Made by a program: the position numbers and the translations under genes. A stretch of 63,082 nt of DNA, filler included, from Choristocarpus tenellus KU-1152 (lineage: Eukaryota; Protista; Phaeophyceae), in NCBI GenBank assembly GCA_964200185.2. It is 9 parts of 9 records of this genome, joined end to end, with 100 filler letters (N's around TTAATTAATTAA, not from the genome) between each part and the next. Parts side by side here need not be neighbours in the genome. Positions count along the whole stretch, not along the records: positions 1 to 12,641 come from CAXNAD020001759.1; positions 12,742 to 18,833 come from CAXNAD020008958.1; 7 more parts are not named here. One strand, given 5' to 3'. Position 1 is the first letter of the stretch; each line of letters starts with the position of its first letter. Under the pieces are notes generated by a model, which saw only the letters and a program-made list of their open reading frames with translations, did no database searches and was not told the DNA's origin. Below are positions 1 to 13,380 of this stretch, piece after piece.

Positions 1-1846
1 CCCCTCCTCCCGACTTGTAGACCGATGTTGTAGGAGTTTGTTCCTCTGCATAGAGTGAGTAGGGTAGAGATGTAAAGCGTGTGATGAGCACAACACGGGT
101 AGACTGTTTTTTTGTTTTTTTCCTGAATGAAGTGCATAGCCGATTTTTCCTAAAACATTTTTTTTTTTCTGCCGTCTGAATCGTTATCCCCTTCCAAGGT
201 GTGGGAAATGCTGGTTGCCACAGTTAAGGGAAAGAAAGCCTTCGGTGGAGATGAAGATGAAGAGAAAGAAGATTGATGGGGGGAGGGAGGGGTTCGTGAA
301 TAGTGGACAGCGATTGCATTGTAGTGTTGTAGGCATGTGTTTGGAAAATGCCTTCTTGGCACCATGACAAAACCTTTGTGACCTTCAGCGGTGTTAGTGC
401 GGCAATGGCTCAGCCTTGCCATGCACCCAGTCAGTGTACCTTTATCTTTGGTGTTCGATGTTGGGACAGGGTTGGTATTGGGGCTCTGTGGCGCCCTGTG
501 GTTTTTTGGTTCCGCCACAGAAGTTGTAATCTTTTGAGAGGTTGGAGGAACTGTGGGCATATGTGATTGATCCCTTGTGTGTTTGTGTGTCTGTGTGTGT
601 GTGTGACTTGCCTGGCTATGGTTTAGGGAGGTAGATACCTCCAACTAGCAAACAGCAACCAACTTGTATGAGTTGAACTGCCTCTTTTTTGGTGTTTTTT
701 TTAGTGCCTGGAAGGCGAGAGTGGTAGTGCAGTGGCAGAGGTGTTGCAAACGCTTGGGCGGCGGGAGTTAGGAATAGGTATGGTTTTAATGACAACATCA
801 GAGGATTGTTCCAAGAATGATACGTGTGTATTGTACTGTGGTTTTGACTTGGTCTCTGCTTTTTGCCACATCCACATCCATCTCCTCCTGCTCATCCCAC
901 CCACCCACCCACCCACCCCTCCCCTCCAAAGTGATTTCCTGTCACGCCTGTCAGTGCCTAATATAATAGAGCCAGTGTCATGTTACTAGGAGGTGGTAGT
1001 GGTAATATATGTCGCTGAGTTTAGTTGGAAGTGTGGAGCCTGTGTTTGTCGACGAGGACCTAGATTAATTAAACCTTGGATCATTGCATTGTGCCCCCCT
1101 GTTCAGGACGTGTCAGGAAGATAAGGGTTAGGGTTATGAGGGAAGTAGATGTTGAGGGACGAGTTTGTCTACTCAAAACCATTCTTGTTGGAAAGTAAAA
1201 AAACAAAAACCAAGCGTTAAAAACCCCCCATTAAATGTTGCATTTTATTTTTTATTTTTATAGAAGTTTCTAGTTTTGACATTCTGGGAACAATCTGTTA
1301 CCTCAACATGGTGAAGAGATTTCACTCGGTTTCCATTGGAACAAGCAGACCTTGGTTAATATAAGAGTTAAGTGATATTTTGTTCCATTCTTGGTCCGCT
1401 CACTGGACCCGCCAGGTACTCACCATTCGAAAAGATGAAATCAGATCTGTGCCTGAGTCAAACCAATTGAGGGGTGGGCGGGCTTGGACCCTTTTGTGAT
1501 CCAAGTCATCTTTCTTAGCCTTTGCAATATGCTCTATTGTTTCATTGCTTTATATGTGCACAATAGTGCACGCAAGGATGATGTTCTTCTCCCTCTACAA
1601 ACATAAAGGTGACACCGAATCTCAGCGAAGACTCTTTCTGGAATTGTACAAAATTGGACCTTTTTGGCCTTTCTCGGGATCGGTTAAATGCAACACTGCT
1701 TACATATTGGTTGGTTTGACTCACCTGTACAAGGGATGTACCGTGATATCTTTTCGGTTTATGTGTCCCTGGAAGATGCTGACAGTGAGAGGGTGTTGTG
1801 GAAAAGCAGCGGTTGGTTTTTGGGGTGTATTCATGTGTGGATGTGA

Positions 1847-2112
1847 GAGTGAAAGGACCTTAGAGGGTACTAGTCTTGCCCTGATTGTCCATTTGGGGCT
1901 TGACTTCCCATGGGTTCTTTTATGACAATTTCCTACTCCAATATCGTTTTGGAGTAGGTAAAATGTTTATGTTGTGAAAAGGTCTGTCTGGAACAAGGAT
2001 ATTGACACTACTTCCTGAAAAACACGATAACCAAAATTACATCAAAATCACAACGTTGGATTTTGGCCCCCAAATGGACGCGGGCCTACCCTCTAAGTAA
2101 GGTACTTTGCTC
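1847..2112. mobile_element. MITE family A copy (diverged)
   Basis: GAGTGAAAGGACCTTAGAGGGTA ... TACCCTCTAAG..TACTTTGCTC; flanks TGA/TGA; internal sequence shared with other copies. Confidence 0.85.
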
Positions 2113-3575
2113 TGAGGATCGTGATGCCTGTAGAAACAGTGAGCGTCAAGGGGGTTTGGGGTAATAACAACAAGATGAACTATTGGGGCAGTGGAGGATT
2201 GTTGTGGTGCACATGTATCAGAATGTTTGTCCACCTTTTTTGAGTAGGAAGGGTCGTATGTGTCTCAAGCTATCCTAACAACTCTGTGTAGACTGTATAT
2301 GCAGTAGTGGTGTGTTAGTCCAATGTTGGTAGAGAGGGGTCCCAAGAGGACAGTAGGTAAGGCTTATTTAGTGGGCAGGGGTCGACAATAGACACCTTAC
2401 TGAGGAAAGGGATGGATACAGATGCCACGCAAAGTTTGAGTGAGAACTCTCCTGTATGTATACTGTTTTCGTACAAAAGGGAATATGTGTAAAAAGTAAT
2501 ATGAAGTACAAGTGTATGCTACCTAGATAGAGGTCATGCTATTCTTGGTAAATACAAAGGCTTTTCCTTCTTGGTATGGAGTAGTTTCTGAGTCGGCGTG
2601 GAGGTCTGTTGGTGACATAGGAAGGCGTGATGTGTTGTCTGTGGAGTGAGTATCCGTCTTGTTCTTTCTATTATACCCTTTTTTGATGCGAGCTAACTAT
2701 TGGACAGATACCACACATGAATGTGTTACATATATATTCGTGTGCATTTATTTGTTGGTTGATACGTTTTATAATGTAGTATGCTATGCGGTACAAATTT
2801 TATTAAAACGTCTGTATAAAGGTCTACGTCCAATCTCAACACCTATACAGTGGAAACCTTACATCCCCTTGGTACAAATTAAGGCAAACCGAGATGTTGA
2901 TAAGGGAGCGTGACTTGCATAGCTGATGGTAGAGAGGCTGGAGGGGTTAACACAAACGGGTACTGTGGAGGTGCACCTCCTACAAGTTAGATAAGCCGTG
3001 GTACAAGGAAAGTAGCCCTGCCTCGGAGCATCATGATGCCATTTTTTTTGCTCAAGCTGGAAACACCAGGGTAGGCAGAGCCTGACAGGTTACTCCTGGG
3101 ATCATAGTGAGCCAAAGTAAACGAGAGGTACTCAATTTTTGGGCGTTTGCATTATAAAGCCAGCTTTTCATTTTTTTGTAATTTGCCCATATTTCTGTCG
3201 ATGAAGTCCCACGTTTGACTTGACAGGGTTTATTTCTCTATTGTTTGCACTTTTCGACATATTTCGGAAAACATCCCTTCCACATATTTGACAAGAAAAA
3301 TGTTGGATTTTCCACATATTTGCTTACGTCCTTAAAGTGCAACTCTATCTGGGTATCTCTCGCTTACTTTGACTCCAGTGTTTTCTTGATTGCCTTCATT
3401 ATGTATGCTAATCAAGCGGTAATGATACAGCTACCTCCATCACCTGTATCTTGGTTGTACTTCAAAAAAACTCTAGGATAGATATCAACAACAGATGTTT
3501 ACAGAAAGTTTCTTTGCCGTAAGCAATGCAGACGCTCTGTCGTTCAGTTCTTCTTGCTCTCCCTCGCTGTATGTT

Positions 3576-3834
3576 GACCCAAAGCATTTAAGAGGGTACG
3601 AGTTTTTGTCCTGTTTGTCCGTTCGGGGCTTGGCTTCTCACGGGTTTCTAATGCCCTTTTTTTTCTGTATGAATACTAACCCTAACCCTAAAATGTGTAC
3701 CACTATAAAAGGTGTGTCCAGACCAAGGATACGGACACTTGCTAACAAACACGATATCCAAATTAATCAAAATCGCAACGTTGGATTTATGACCTCGAAC
3801 GGACACTGCCCTACACTCTTAAATGTTTTGGGTC
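3576..3834. mobile_element. MITE family A variant
   Basis: TIRs GACCCAAAGCATTTAAGAG / CTCTTAAATGTTTTGGGTC; TSD TGTT/TGTT. Confidence 0.85.
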
Positions 3835-6800
3835 TGTTGTGTCCTCTGATAACGTCATGTGAAAAGAATCATCAAGTGGGTATGCAATAACGTAAAAATA
3901 GAACATTATAATTCTTGGATCCTGAAATTTGAAATATTTTTTTAGTCAATAAATGTGTATATGATACCCATGTTCTTTTGCAAGCCCTGAAAACTCCTTA
4001 CTACATATACATGAATTACATCCATACCCTCCATCTACACCGATAACAGAACAGAATGAGCAGGAGGAATCGTCAGCTCCTTATTCACCAAGATTGTGAA
4101 CCTCTTGAATTCGGACTCATCGTTAACAGTCACGCCTGAATTTTCAAAAAGTCGGAATTTGGAGAGTAGTCGATTCACCGAGGTGGACCAAAAATGACCT
4201 TTTCTGCGGCTGATGGGTTTTTGCTGGCGGGGAATCAAAGTATATATGCTCTGCTAGACGTCGTCAATGAGGTAGGGGGGGAAAGGAATTAGGCCATCAT
4301 ACCGTCAATGGGGATGGTTTTGTCTTTTTGCTGGACCCCCGTTACAAGAGCTTGAAAAAGAACAGGTGAGAAGGTGCTTCAGATGAGGGTTGAAATGTCA
4401 TCAAAGACCTCCACTTCACCGTTAATGGCCACTTCTACTCCACCAGGAATAATACCAACAGCAAGTGGATGTGAGTGTGAACCGTTTGTTTTTGCTTTCT
4501 ATTGCAGTGCATCTCTTATTACATATTATCTGTTGGTTCTGATTGGTATATACAACCTTACATGTTGACACCAGAGATTGATGATCTTTGTGCCGCTCAA
4601 GGTAGTCTGGTGCTGTGCAAGTTGTGTCTGTGTATGTGCATACCTAGTGCTGCATTTGAGGACGTTGAAGAGGAGAGAATGTGCTTGTTTGCCACCATCA
4701 TCTTGTGCTACTATTACTCTAACTCCAACCACAACTGTCGCAAAAGTGTTAATTCCTTCATAGAGGTGGGACTAAATGTGAGAAGGCCGAAGGGTCAGCA
4801 GAGTCAACAATCACAAGCAAGGAATGAAGAAATGAAACTCTCTGCTCTACTTTCATTCAAGGTTCAAAGCCAGTCTCAAGTAAAGCAATCAATGCTAGTA
4901 CTGGGTTCTTCACTTACAATACCCGAGGAGGACAGCAGACATATGTGGTCTGGGCAGCGATGCAGGTCTCTGTACGTAAATGCCTTAGAAATTATGTTGA
5001 AAGACATAATAAGCACAGCACCGACTCGAATATGTCATTACCAAGTACTGCTGGGAACACTAACCCAGTTTTTTTCAACCCAACAAAAACGACACCATAC
5101 ACAAAACTCAAACTCGCCCCCACCAAACTCCGCAGTGTCTATGAAGCAACAGTAGTGCGACACGCCCCCAAGGAGATCCGATACTGCACCAAGTGCAAAT
5201 ACAAACAACAAGTACAGGTGTAACCGATATTTACTGATTGTTGACACAACCTTACCATCAACACAGTCACACCGTACTCTACCCCCCCACAATCTAACCT
5301 CTATTTTACTACATATACCACATATCACAAGCCCAACAACGCAGTACCTACACGATAATACCAAATTGCTTGAAATTCATCACTTACGCACATCACTACA
5401 CAGTTAGTTACTGCTGAGACACGACAAGAAGATCGTAGGACTTCACTCCACACAACAGCATGCCCGTCCAGTATCATTTTCCTACGTTACAATATTTTTT
5501 AGAACTCCAAACCAATACCTACACTCTTCAAAACCACCACCAACCACTGAGAAGCTCTCTCTCTCGGGAGGAGAGAGTCCCCGATACCAAAAAAGGCACC
5601 TTTCATATCTATATACGGTTTTGGGGACATGTTATTGTGTCCATTACTGCCCTCAGCAAGAAGTTTGAATAACTGCCTATCTACTAGTAGTGGAAAAAAA
5701 ATGTCTATTTCGGGGTGTAGACGTATTTATTTCACTTTGTCCCTCCTTGCACTAGAACTTTTCGTATTTCCTCTCCCCAGTCCACAACCCCTTGCAAAAA
5801 GAACAGGAAAAAAAAGGTTAGATTTCGGTCTTGTCCTCTTCTGTTTTTGTATTCTTAATTTAGTTAGAAAGCCATCGGGGGCTTCAATTAGTCAGGAAGA
5901 GGATGGATGACAGCAGTATGGCTATGTTCAGATGCACCTTGGCACCTTGGGAACTGCGGAATGTGTTTGAGGGAGGGAAGGAGGGGAGGTCCATAGGACG
6001 AGGAAGTATTAACAGGAGAAATCTAGTGCTGCTTTTGTGATATATGCTTCGAATTGTACATGCTACAGATAGGGGGTAGGGCAGGAGGAGCAAACAAGCC
6101 AGAGGTAGAGGTAAGTTGCATGTACCACAAGGTTGAGAAGTTGCAATGAGTCTAAGTAAACTAGAGTACCCTTAAGGACACTAAGAAATATGTCCAAGGT
6201 TCGGCTTTTTTTTACATATGTGTACAGGATATTGTCTGAATCGCGTCAAAAAGCTTCAAACAATAGAGAAATATTAAACGCCCTCAAGAGAAAAACTTAC
6301 ATCTCATCCATATAAATAGGGGTGAATTGAAAAGATGGAAAAAACGGACTTAAAATGGAAAACGACCAAAACGTGGGTACCTCTCGTTTACTTCGGATCA
6401 AATGCTGGCTAGACCATAGATACGTGGATACATGATTCGAACGACGTGTTCCAGATAAGTGTTGCGGGGGTAATTGGTGACGTCGTGTAGAAAAGTCAGC
6501 AGATTTCAGCAATAGCTGTTGTCGTGGAATACTTGAAGTTCGATATTGACTGGACTGTACAATAAGACGAAAACAGTGCATCTCGTAGCGCCAGTCAACA
6601 GTTTTTCCCTACCGTGTCATCATCCTGTTAACCAAATGAACCCCAACCCTGATATGTACTGCACACACCGATATTTTCTCTTTCTCGAAAAAATGAGAAC
6701 CTTGCAACAAAAACGACAATCGCCAGACACAACAAACCTGAGCATGTCTAATGATGTCCTTATCGTGGGTATCTCCTTCAAACGGAGAAAGTGTTTATTG

Positions 6801-6872
6801 ACGAAAGCCGCTCTAATACGTACATCGCCAATTTCCCGATGTGACAGGTTTGCACGTTATCTTTGGTGGTAG

Positions 6873-7131
6873 GAGTGAAAGTATCGTTGAGGGTACGAGG
6901 TTTGCCCTGTTTGTCCGTTTGGGCCTTGGCTTCCCATGGGTTCTCAATGACATTTTACCTACTCCGAAATGCTTTGGAGTAGGTAAAATTTATACTCTAT
7001 GAAAAGGTGTGTCCGGAACAAGGATATTGACATCTCCTAACAAACACGATGGCCAAAATTACATCAAAATTGCAACATTGAATTCTTGCCCCCAAACGGA
7101 CGCGGCTCTACCCTCTAAGATACTTTGACTC
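6873..7131. mobile_element. MITE family A copy
   Basis: GAGTGAAAGTATC..GAGGGTA ... TACCCTCTAAGATACTTTGACTC; TSD GTAG/GTAG; central hairpin TTTTACCTACTCC..GGAGTAGGTAAAA. Confidence 0.92.
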
Positions 7132-7559
7132 GTAGTTTTAGGTGTGAATTTCTACTCTAGACCAAGAGTGAGATCCACGTTTCCATCAATTCGTTCTTTC
7201 TGCCACAAACTCAGCCCTACCTGGTCTCCTTTCACCAAACGACCAATACCACACGATCAGAAGACCAGAGAGTTTGATTTGTTAAACCAAAACCAAAAAA
7301 CTGCCTTTTCTAATAGCATACCCATCCAACACATTGGTCTTGAATCCGATAATCTCCACCTAGAGCATTCCCTGACCACACACACCCAACGAACCAGTTG
7401 ACCAATACAACCACAGCATTGAGTTTGTCTCCCGACATCACCCAAAATAACAAGCCAACAATAGTCTTTTAAATATCCTACACTATATATTTCTGATGGA
7501 AGGAAGACTCCTGCATTCAGGGCAATCTTACATCTCTCTTCGATCTTTGATGGACTCCA

Positions 7560-7740
7560 GACTCAAAGTATCTGGGGGGGGGTAGCGGCTCTCCATTTGG
7601 GACCCACTTTTCGATGTCGCGATTTTTGTGTGATTTGGTTGCATACGTGGGATGGATAATGTAAGTCCGCTTTTCCTGGCCATTGGCCAAATGGACACGC
7701 TGGTGTAGACCGCCTCCCTCCCCCCCAGATACTTTGGGTC
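7560..7740. mobile_element. MITE family B copy (~180 bp, poly-G/poly-C subterminal tracts)
   Basis: GACTCAAAGTATCTGGGGGGG ... CCCCCCAGATACTTTGGGTC; TSD TCCA/TCCA. Confidence 0.92.
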
Positions 7741-7928
7741 TCCACCGTATTGTTATCGAAGTTGAAGAGGAGGGTGCAAGTGTGCATGAATGCTTCCTAT
7801 TGACTTCTAGATCATTCTAATGCCTGGAAAGTCGCTCATCATACCATAAATTTTCCTAGACCCTCAACCTTGGCATGACTCCTATCATATGTTCTCACCA
7901 CTTCTGCCTCAAGGAATTGAAGACCAAA

Positions 7929-10900
7929 TCACACAACTGGATGAATGATTATTGGTTGGGGCTCTTTTGTGGAAGAAGACCTCATCCACAGGAAAAGAGA
8001 TATCGAGACGATAGCAATACTAATGGTTCCACCAGCCGCACCAACAAGTACCCAGTTTACATCATCTGAGAACACAAGCATAGGTACAGGTACGAATTTG
8101 TACGTCAGCAGATCGAGGTCACTCAACAAACTAGAACAGTGCTTTGGTGGGGTTACCCTGTCTACCGTTCAATTACTCATGATTGCCTCCACCCAATATG
8201 TTTTTGTTGGCAGGCACATTGCCACTTGTATCTGATTATGGGGAAGTATATTGGAATGCCATACAATGATAAATTGGTCGTGACTGGGGGTACTTTGAGA
8301 GTTCAGAACTGGACACATGCAAAGAGCGGTCAAACAGTTTGTGGGATAGATATAGGTGAATGGGCTAGGGGCACTGACTGTAGGTAATTTGTGACGAAAG
8401 ATTCTGACGATATGTTTTGAAGCTAAGCAATTCACTGTACTTGGGAAACAGGTCAAGGTCAGGGTTACGATGCAGGTCAAGCCACTACTATTGTATGGGA
8501 TAGTAGGAATGTGTCAAGAATAGAAGGAGGGCAAGAATATCTCAGTACTCCAGAAGCAGCACAAGGTGGTATGGTTGAAAACAATCGCTCTAAGACTTTG
8601 TGGCAAAGAGAGAAGAGAGTAAATGCTTATGATTTGAAGCCTCGGAATGATTAAAACTCAGACCTGGGCTACGTACGGCTGGAATCCAGTGTCTGCAAGG
8701 GTTTGGAATCAGGTTGGTATAACAATTAATATAATCACATCACATCATAATCCACAAAGTCAAGACAACAGCATAATCCAGATACATGTATGTGTGTAAG
8801 GGTGCCATCTGCCTCTCCCCAGCTGCCTGCCTCCAGTTAAACATACAGGTGTGAGCTTCCTTGAATGAGCACACCATGAACAGGACAACCCTAAGATACT
8901 GATTGATTGTTCTCACCATCTGTAGAAGAGGTGCCAGTATCTGTTGCACGGTTTGCTATCGGAGGCAGGGTATCATCATTATCCATTGCTGGGAAAGGCG
9001 TTGGCGCACTAGTGGGGATAGACTCTTGCCAAGGTGAAGGGGACATTGTGATAGTAGGGGATGCAGTGCGTCCAGGGCAGAGAGTAGGCGAAGATGTTGG
9101 AGATGATGTAGGGAAAGATGATGGTGCCATAGTAGATGAAGATGATCCCGTGGCACTTGTTGATTGAACCGTAGGAAACAATGTTGGGGCAATGGTCGAT
9201 GGTCCTTGGGTAGGGGCCAAGGTGGTGAGGACTGCAGGGGGCATGACATAGAGGTTGGAACCAATTGAGGTCACTGCCAAATCATCTCCCATCTCTGAAA
9301 CTTCATCGCCTATGTCTTGGGTACTCTCTTGACCTAGGCTCCCATGCTCCCCCTTGCCCCAGCACTGTAATGTTGTTGTTGGGACAGATTGATGCGTCAA
9401 GTGTGTCTTCGAATTATCTCTAGACCAAGACTATAACTCCTTCATGTAGCTTAGTGATGTGTGTCATGGGAACTTAGAGGTGCAGAATCTAGAAGTGATC
9501 ACTTTCTTGAGCTCATGTTTCGGCTCTTCAGGAGGGTGAGAAAGTACTTCATTTATTTCTTCAAAGTACTATACATGGCAATGCTATACACATGTATCAC
9601 ATTTTGTCCAAAGTATAACGACGCTGAAGCAGGTAAGATGATCAGAGGTAAGCGCTATTCTATCCGCCCAGTGCAACATAGGATCTGTAACTACACAGGG
9701 AATCATGAGAAAGGACAGGAGTACCAATGATAATGCAATACTAGAGGCGTGCACAACGTCATCCATACACTTCATTGATACTCATCGCACCTTGAGACTG
9801 CTATCATCAAGGGATGCACAGGTAGAATCACCCCCAGCAGATATTTCAATGGCGGTTCTGTTAGTGCCCAAGTCCACCGTAGAAAGGTTGCTGCCCATCT
9901 CGCCTTGATAGTCACCACGGGCCTTGAAGTCTCCCAGTCCAAGGCTTCCGGAGAAGTTGTAACCCCAGCACTAAGTGGGAAAATTATATGTTGGCATATT
10001 CGGTGAGAAGATGATTGGTTGACACTTTTGAAGCAACTACATGTTTTTGACTCGGGACAAACGGCTATACTACTGTCATGGTGCTATACCTTTGTCTAGA
10101 TGTAGATGAATGGCCTCCTCTCCCTTCACCAATGGCACAAACACACAAATAGTATTTTCCCTAATGATAACACAAGAAAAACGACAATTTCCCATGGAGA
10201 GTGAACAGCAGTTTAGCAAGCAATAGGTTTATCAGGACACACAGGACAGTTATGCTGGTAGAGCACATGTGCTACTGTGAGGAGGGAAATGGGGAAGCGA
10301 TTTTTGTAACATTTGATGAACTGGACCAAATTATATCCTCTGCCTTCTAACACAACTAACCCCATACACTAATTTCCCTCCATTTACCTTATCCCTTCGT
10401 CCACACCTTGACTGTTCCGTCTTTAAGTAGGGCGCAGGTGTGGTCGTTCCCAGCATCAATGGCCAGTGCTGGCATTCCTAGCACAGTGGTCTCGAGCCCA
10501 TCTCCCATCTCTCCTTCGTCATCACCCCTATCGTCGATGCTTCCAATCCCGAGGTTACCTTGCGTATTCTTACCCCAGCACTGATATCGTCCGGGGTTGG
10601 GTTGGGTGGGGCAAGAGGGGAGGGGACATGGGAGGGAAACTCTTTGAAAGAGGAATGTGTAGTAACAATTTTAAGGTAGCATATAGATAATAGTGATAGC
10701 AACTTGCAAGAAAAAGAGGGAGGTACATGGAGATAAAAGAGTAGGTAGGGTGCTTACACCAATGAGGTGAAGAGCGCTCACGACACATTGAGCCTGTAGG
10801 GTGAACTTAACCTACCACAAATCATACTTCCACCGGACTGGGCATACTTTTACACTACTCTGAAGCACCAACACCTTGGTATTACATACTCAAATGAAAA

Positions 10901-12472
10901 TATTGAAGCAGAAAAGAAAGTATTGTGTCTCTTGTTGGTGAGAGAGATGAAAGTTGGGAGGGAGGGAGGGAGGTTGGATGGATGGGATGGAGGATTGGTT
11001 CATTTTGCAGATTGTTGATGCAGGATCTATCAACCTCAAAAAAAGGAGTTACCATATTGTTGTTGTAGTTATCATATTGTGGTTGTAGTTAACCATATTG
11101 GTGTTGTTGCTAACCTTTAGGAAACCAACATTGGGAACAGACTGAAGCACCAGCATCACCATGATCACCTTCTCGATACATAACTGATGGATTCTTCTAT
11201 CACACCCTGCATTGTATCGCCTCTTCTGGACCGGTCTCAAACACCAACCCAGGTCAACAACTATGTTGAGAACGGTCCTCCTGGGGTCTAGCTTCGCCAG
11301 TAAAACAAAATATTGTCAAAAACGATCGACTCTGCAATATTTAATCAAATCCAAACAGTTCGATGCGCAAACACAGCCACATCAATTTTTTGCACGTTTT
11401 CTCACAGCCAAGCTTTGATTTTTTTTTCGATTATCCTGACTGTGGATAGTGCCATAACAACCCACTTAGTTGCCCCTGAGACTCTTATCCTACACATAGA
11501 TTTGGAACGAGTCAATCTACTCTCCAAGCCACAGTATCTCCAACTCTAACCCCAATCCCACCACTCTAACCCCAACCCCAACCCCAATCCTAACCCCAAT
11601 GAACTAAGCTATTATTCCCAATCACAATCAAGCCCGCTTTACATGCCTTCAACACTGGATTGTAACGTTTCATTTTACTGTACAGTTGGGCAACAAGGAG
11701 GCGAAAAGACAAGTGGAATGCCATCTGTACCTTGACATCACCTCCAGAAACAATAGCGCAGTTGTGGAAACTCCCAGATGCCACAATAGTGGGGGTGATG
11801 CCACTGCCGAGGTCGACATACGGGAGGTCATCCCCCATTTCACCAATATCATCGCCAACGTCTTCAGAGCCAGCAATGCCTGTAGTGCCGTACAGATTCT
11901 CACCCCAGCACTTGACCGAGCATACATTGCGATAGGGGGTTAGGGTTGGAATTGAAAAGGGAAGGGGAGGATAATCAGAAGAGTGTGTCGTGATACGTAG
12001 TTCGCAAACGTTGGACAAAACCAACCCCCAGCATCGTTAAACATACATCTTAGCAGTAGATACATGGATACATGGAGAGTGTACTGCTTTGACGTATATT
12101 GCAGTTTCTTTGCTTGATGTTAATGGTGGCTCTATTCTACGTACTATTTCTTAGAGGTTCCTTTCTTTTTTCGAAGTTTTGAGTGGGAAGTATGGCTCAG
12201 AAGTGCGATGAAGTTGTGCCTGGCTCTCACTGATTTACACATCAATAATACACATGACGATATAAGCCCTGAAGCACTTGGCGAAAATATGCATAAATTA
12301 CCTTGAGTTTATTGTTATCAAGTAGAGCACAAGGACCAGAATAAATTGCAGTTGCTGTCCTCCCTGACCCCAGGTCAACATACTCCAGATCATTGCCAGT
12401 CTCGTCTTCGTCATTCCCTATAGAATATATGTTACCCAACCCCAGCTGCCCATGGTGGTTGTTCCCAAAACA
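7929..12472 (-). CDS. RCC1-like repeat type-I membrane protein (5'-partial). Exons 12472-12302, 11910-11731, 10580-10407, 9970-9791, 9364-8917, 8065-7929
   Basis: Hand splicing gives AG/GT-bounded exons with compatible phases: CFGNNHHGQLGLG..EYVDLGSGRTATAIYSGPCALLDNNKLK / CWGENLYGTTG..EMGDDLPYVDLG..HNCAIVSGGDVK / CWGKNTQGNLGIG..EMGDGL..HTCALLKDGTVK / CWGYNFSGSLGLGD..EMGSNLSTVDLG..STCASLDDSSLK / CWGKGEHGSLG.. plus PTSS/PT-rich stalk / DDVNWVLVGAAGGTISIAIVSISLFLWMR..IHPVV*. KCWGxNxxGxLG and HTCA are RCC1/BLIP-II signatures. The 5' end is lost at the contig break. Confidence 0.88.
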
Positions 12473-12502
12473 CTGTGTGCGGTGGTTGTTGTGGGAAGAC
12501 GA

Positions 12503-12641
12503 GGGTTAAAGTATCTGAGGGGGGGGTGCCGGCGTCCGCTTTTCACCCTTTTTTCGATTTTCACTTTTTTGGTGTGATTTGGTTACACGTGTCAGATTTG
12601 AAAAAAAAACAAAAAAATAGTTGTTTGACCGAAACGGACGC
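12503..12641. mobile_element. MITE B-related variant, truncated at contig end (related end fragments at 12742-12766 and 51174-51216)
   Basis: GGGTTAAAGTATCTGAGGGGGGG..CCGGCGTCCG; the reverse-complement motif CGGACGCCGG-polyC-TAGATACTTTG occurs at 51174. Confidence 0.7.
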
Positions 12642-12741
12642 NNNNNNNNNNNNNNNNNNNNNNNNNNNNNNNNNNNNNNNNNNNNTTAATTAATTAANNN
12701 NNNNNNNNNNNNNNNNNNNNNNNNNNNNNNNNNNNNNNNNN
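12642..12741. other. Artificial contig linker N44-TTAATTAATTAA-N44 (also 18834-18933, 25241-25340, 29173-29272, 42926-43025, 46636-46735, 51074-51173, 54676-54775)
   Basis: Identical 100-bp structure eight times, with stop codons in all six frames. Confidence 0.98.
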
Positions 12742-12766
12742 CCCCCCCTCCCAGATACTTTGGGTC

Positions 12767-13380
12767 TAAATGTCGATCATCCTGCTCGAGATGTCGCATA
12801 TGGATCTCTTCGTGAAAAAGATCCAGTGTAACGACCAGTTGGTGCAAAACATTTTATCTGACTGTATTGTGTGTGTAACTGCCAACCTGGGACTACGTGC
12901 CGATGTTACTCCTAAAGTGGTTGTGTATTCACATTTTCGTGCAAAATGAACTGGTGACTCCACCAGTAGGTGCAGCGTCACGTATACACTCAGCACACTA
13001 TACTTTCCTTATTGTTTTTTACATTGTAAGTACCACATAAGGCTATATGCCGATGTTACCTCTTAGGCCGTCGTTTATCGTTATCTTTGTGCAAACTGTG
13101 CCGCTGATATAACCAGTAGGTGCCAAGGTATATATTTAACAATCTTGTACTCAAGCAACTGCCAAGGTGCGACTAAGTCCCAGCGTTGATGCTCAACAAA
13201 TGGTCGTGTATCAAGATCATTGTGCAACTTGGTCTGGTGACGACCAGTAAGCACTGAAAAGCAGAGCAAACTGTATTGTAGTTGCCGTTGTGGGGCTACA
13301 TGCCAAAGTTTCTATTCAATCAAGTCGCCGTGTATCGACTTTAACGTGCAAATTAGACTAGTGACCCGACGAGTAGATGC
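12767..13380. repeat. Diverged ~120-150-bp tandem array, block 1 (about 5 units)
   Basis: Recurring TGTAACTGCCAA..CTAxxTGCC..GTGTATC..GTGCAAA..CTGGTGA..ACCAGTAGGTGC; unit starts at 12874, 13025, 13155 and 13277, plus a partial unit from 12767. Confidence 0.85.

Noticed and set aside
4502-5155. 217-aa ORF and the nearby CTKC motif
   Set aside because: No recognisable domain, non-ATG start, and no consistent exon chain could be built.
12686-12697. TTAATTAATTAA motif recurring eight times
   Set aside because: Always centred in 88 Ns; an artificial six-frame-stop linker, not biology.
12503-12766. One MITE apparently spanning the first linker
   Set aside because: The flanks (ACGA vs TAAA) give no TSD, so the halves probably belong to different copies on unlinked contigs.
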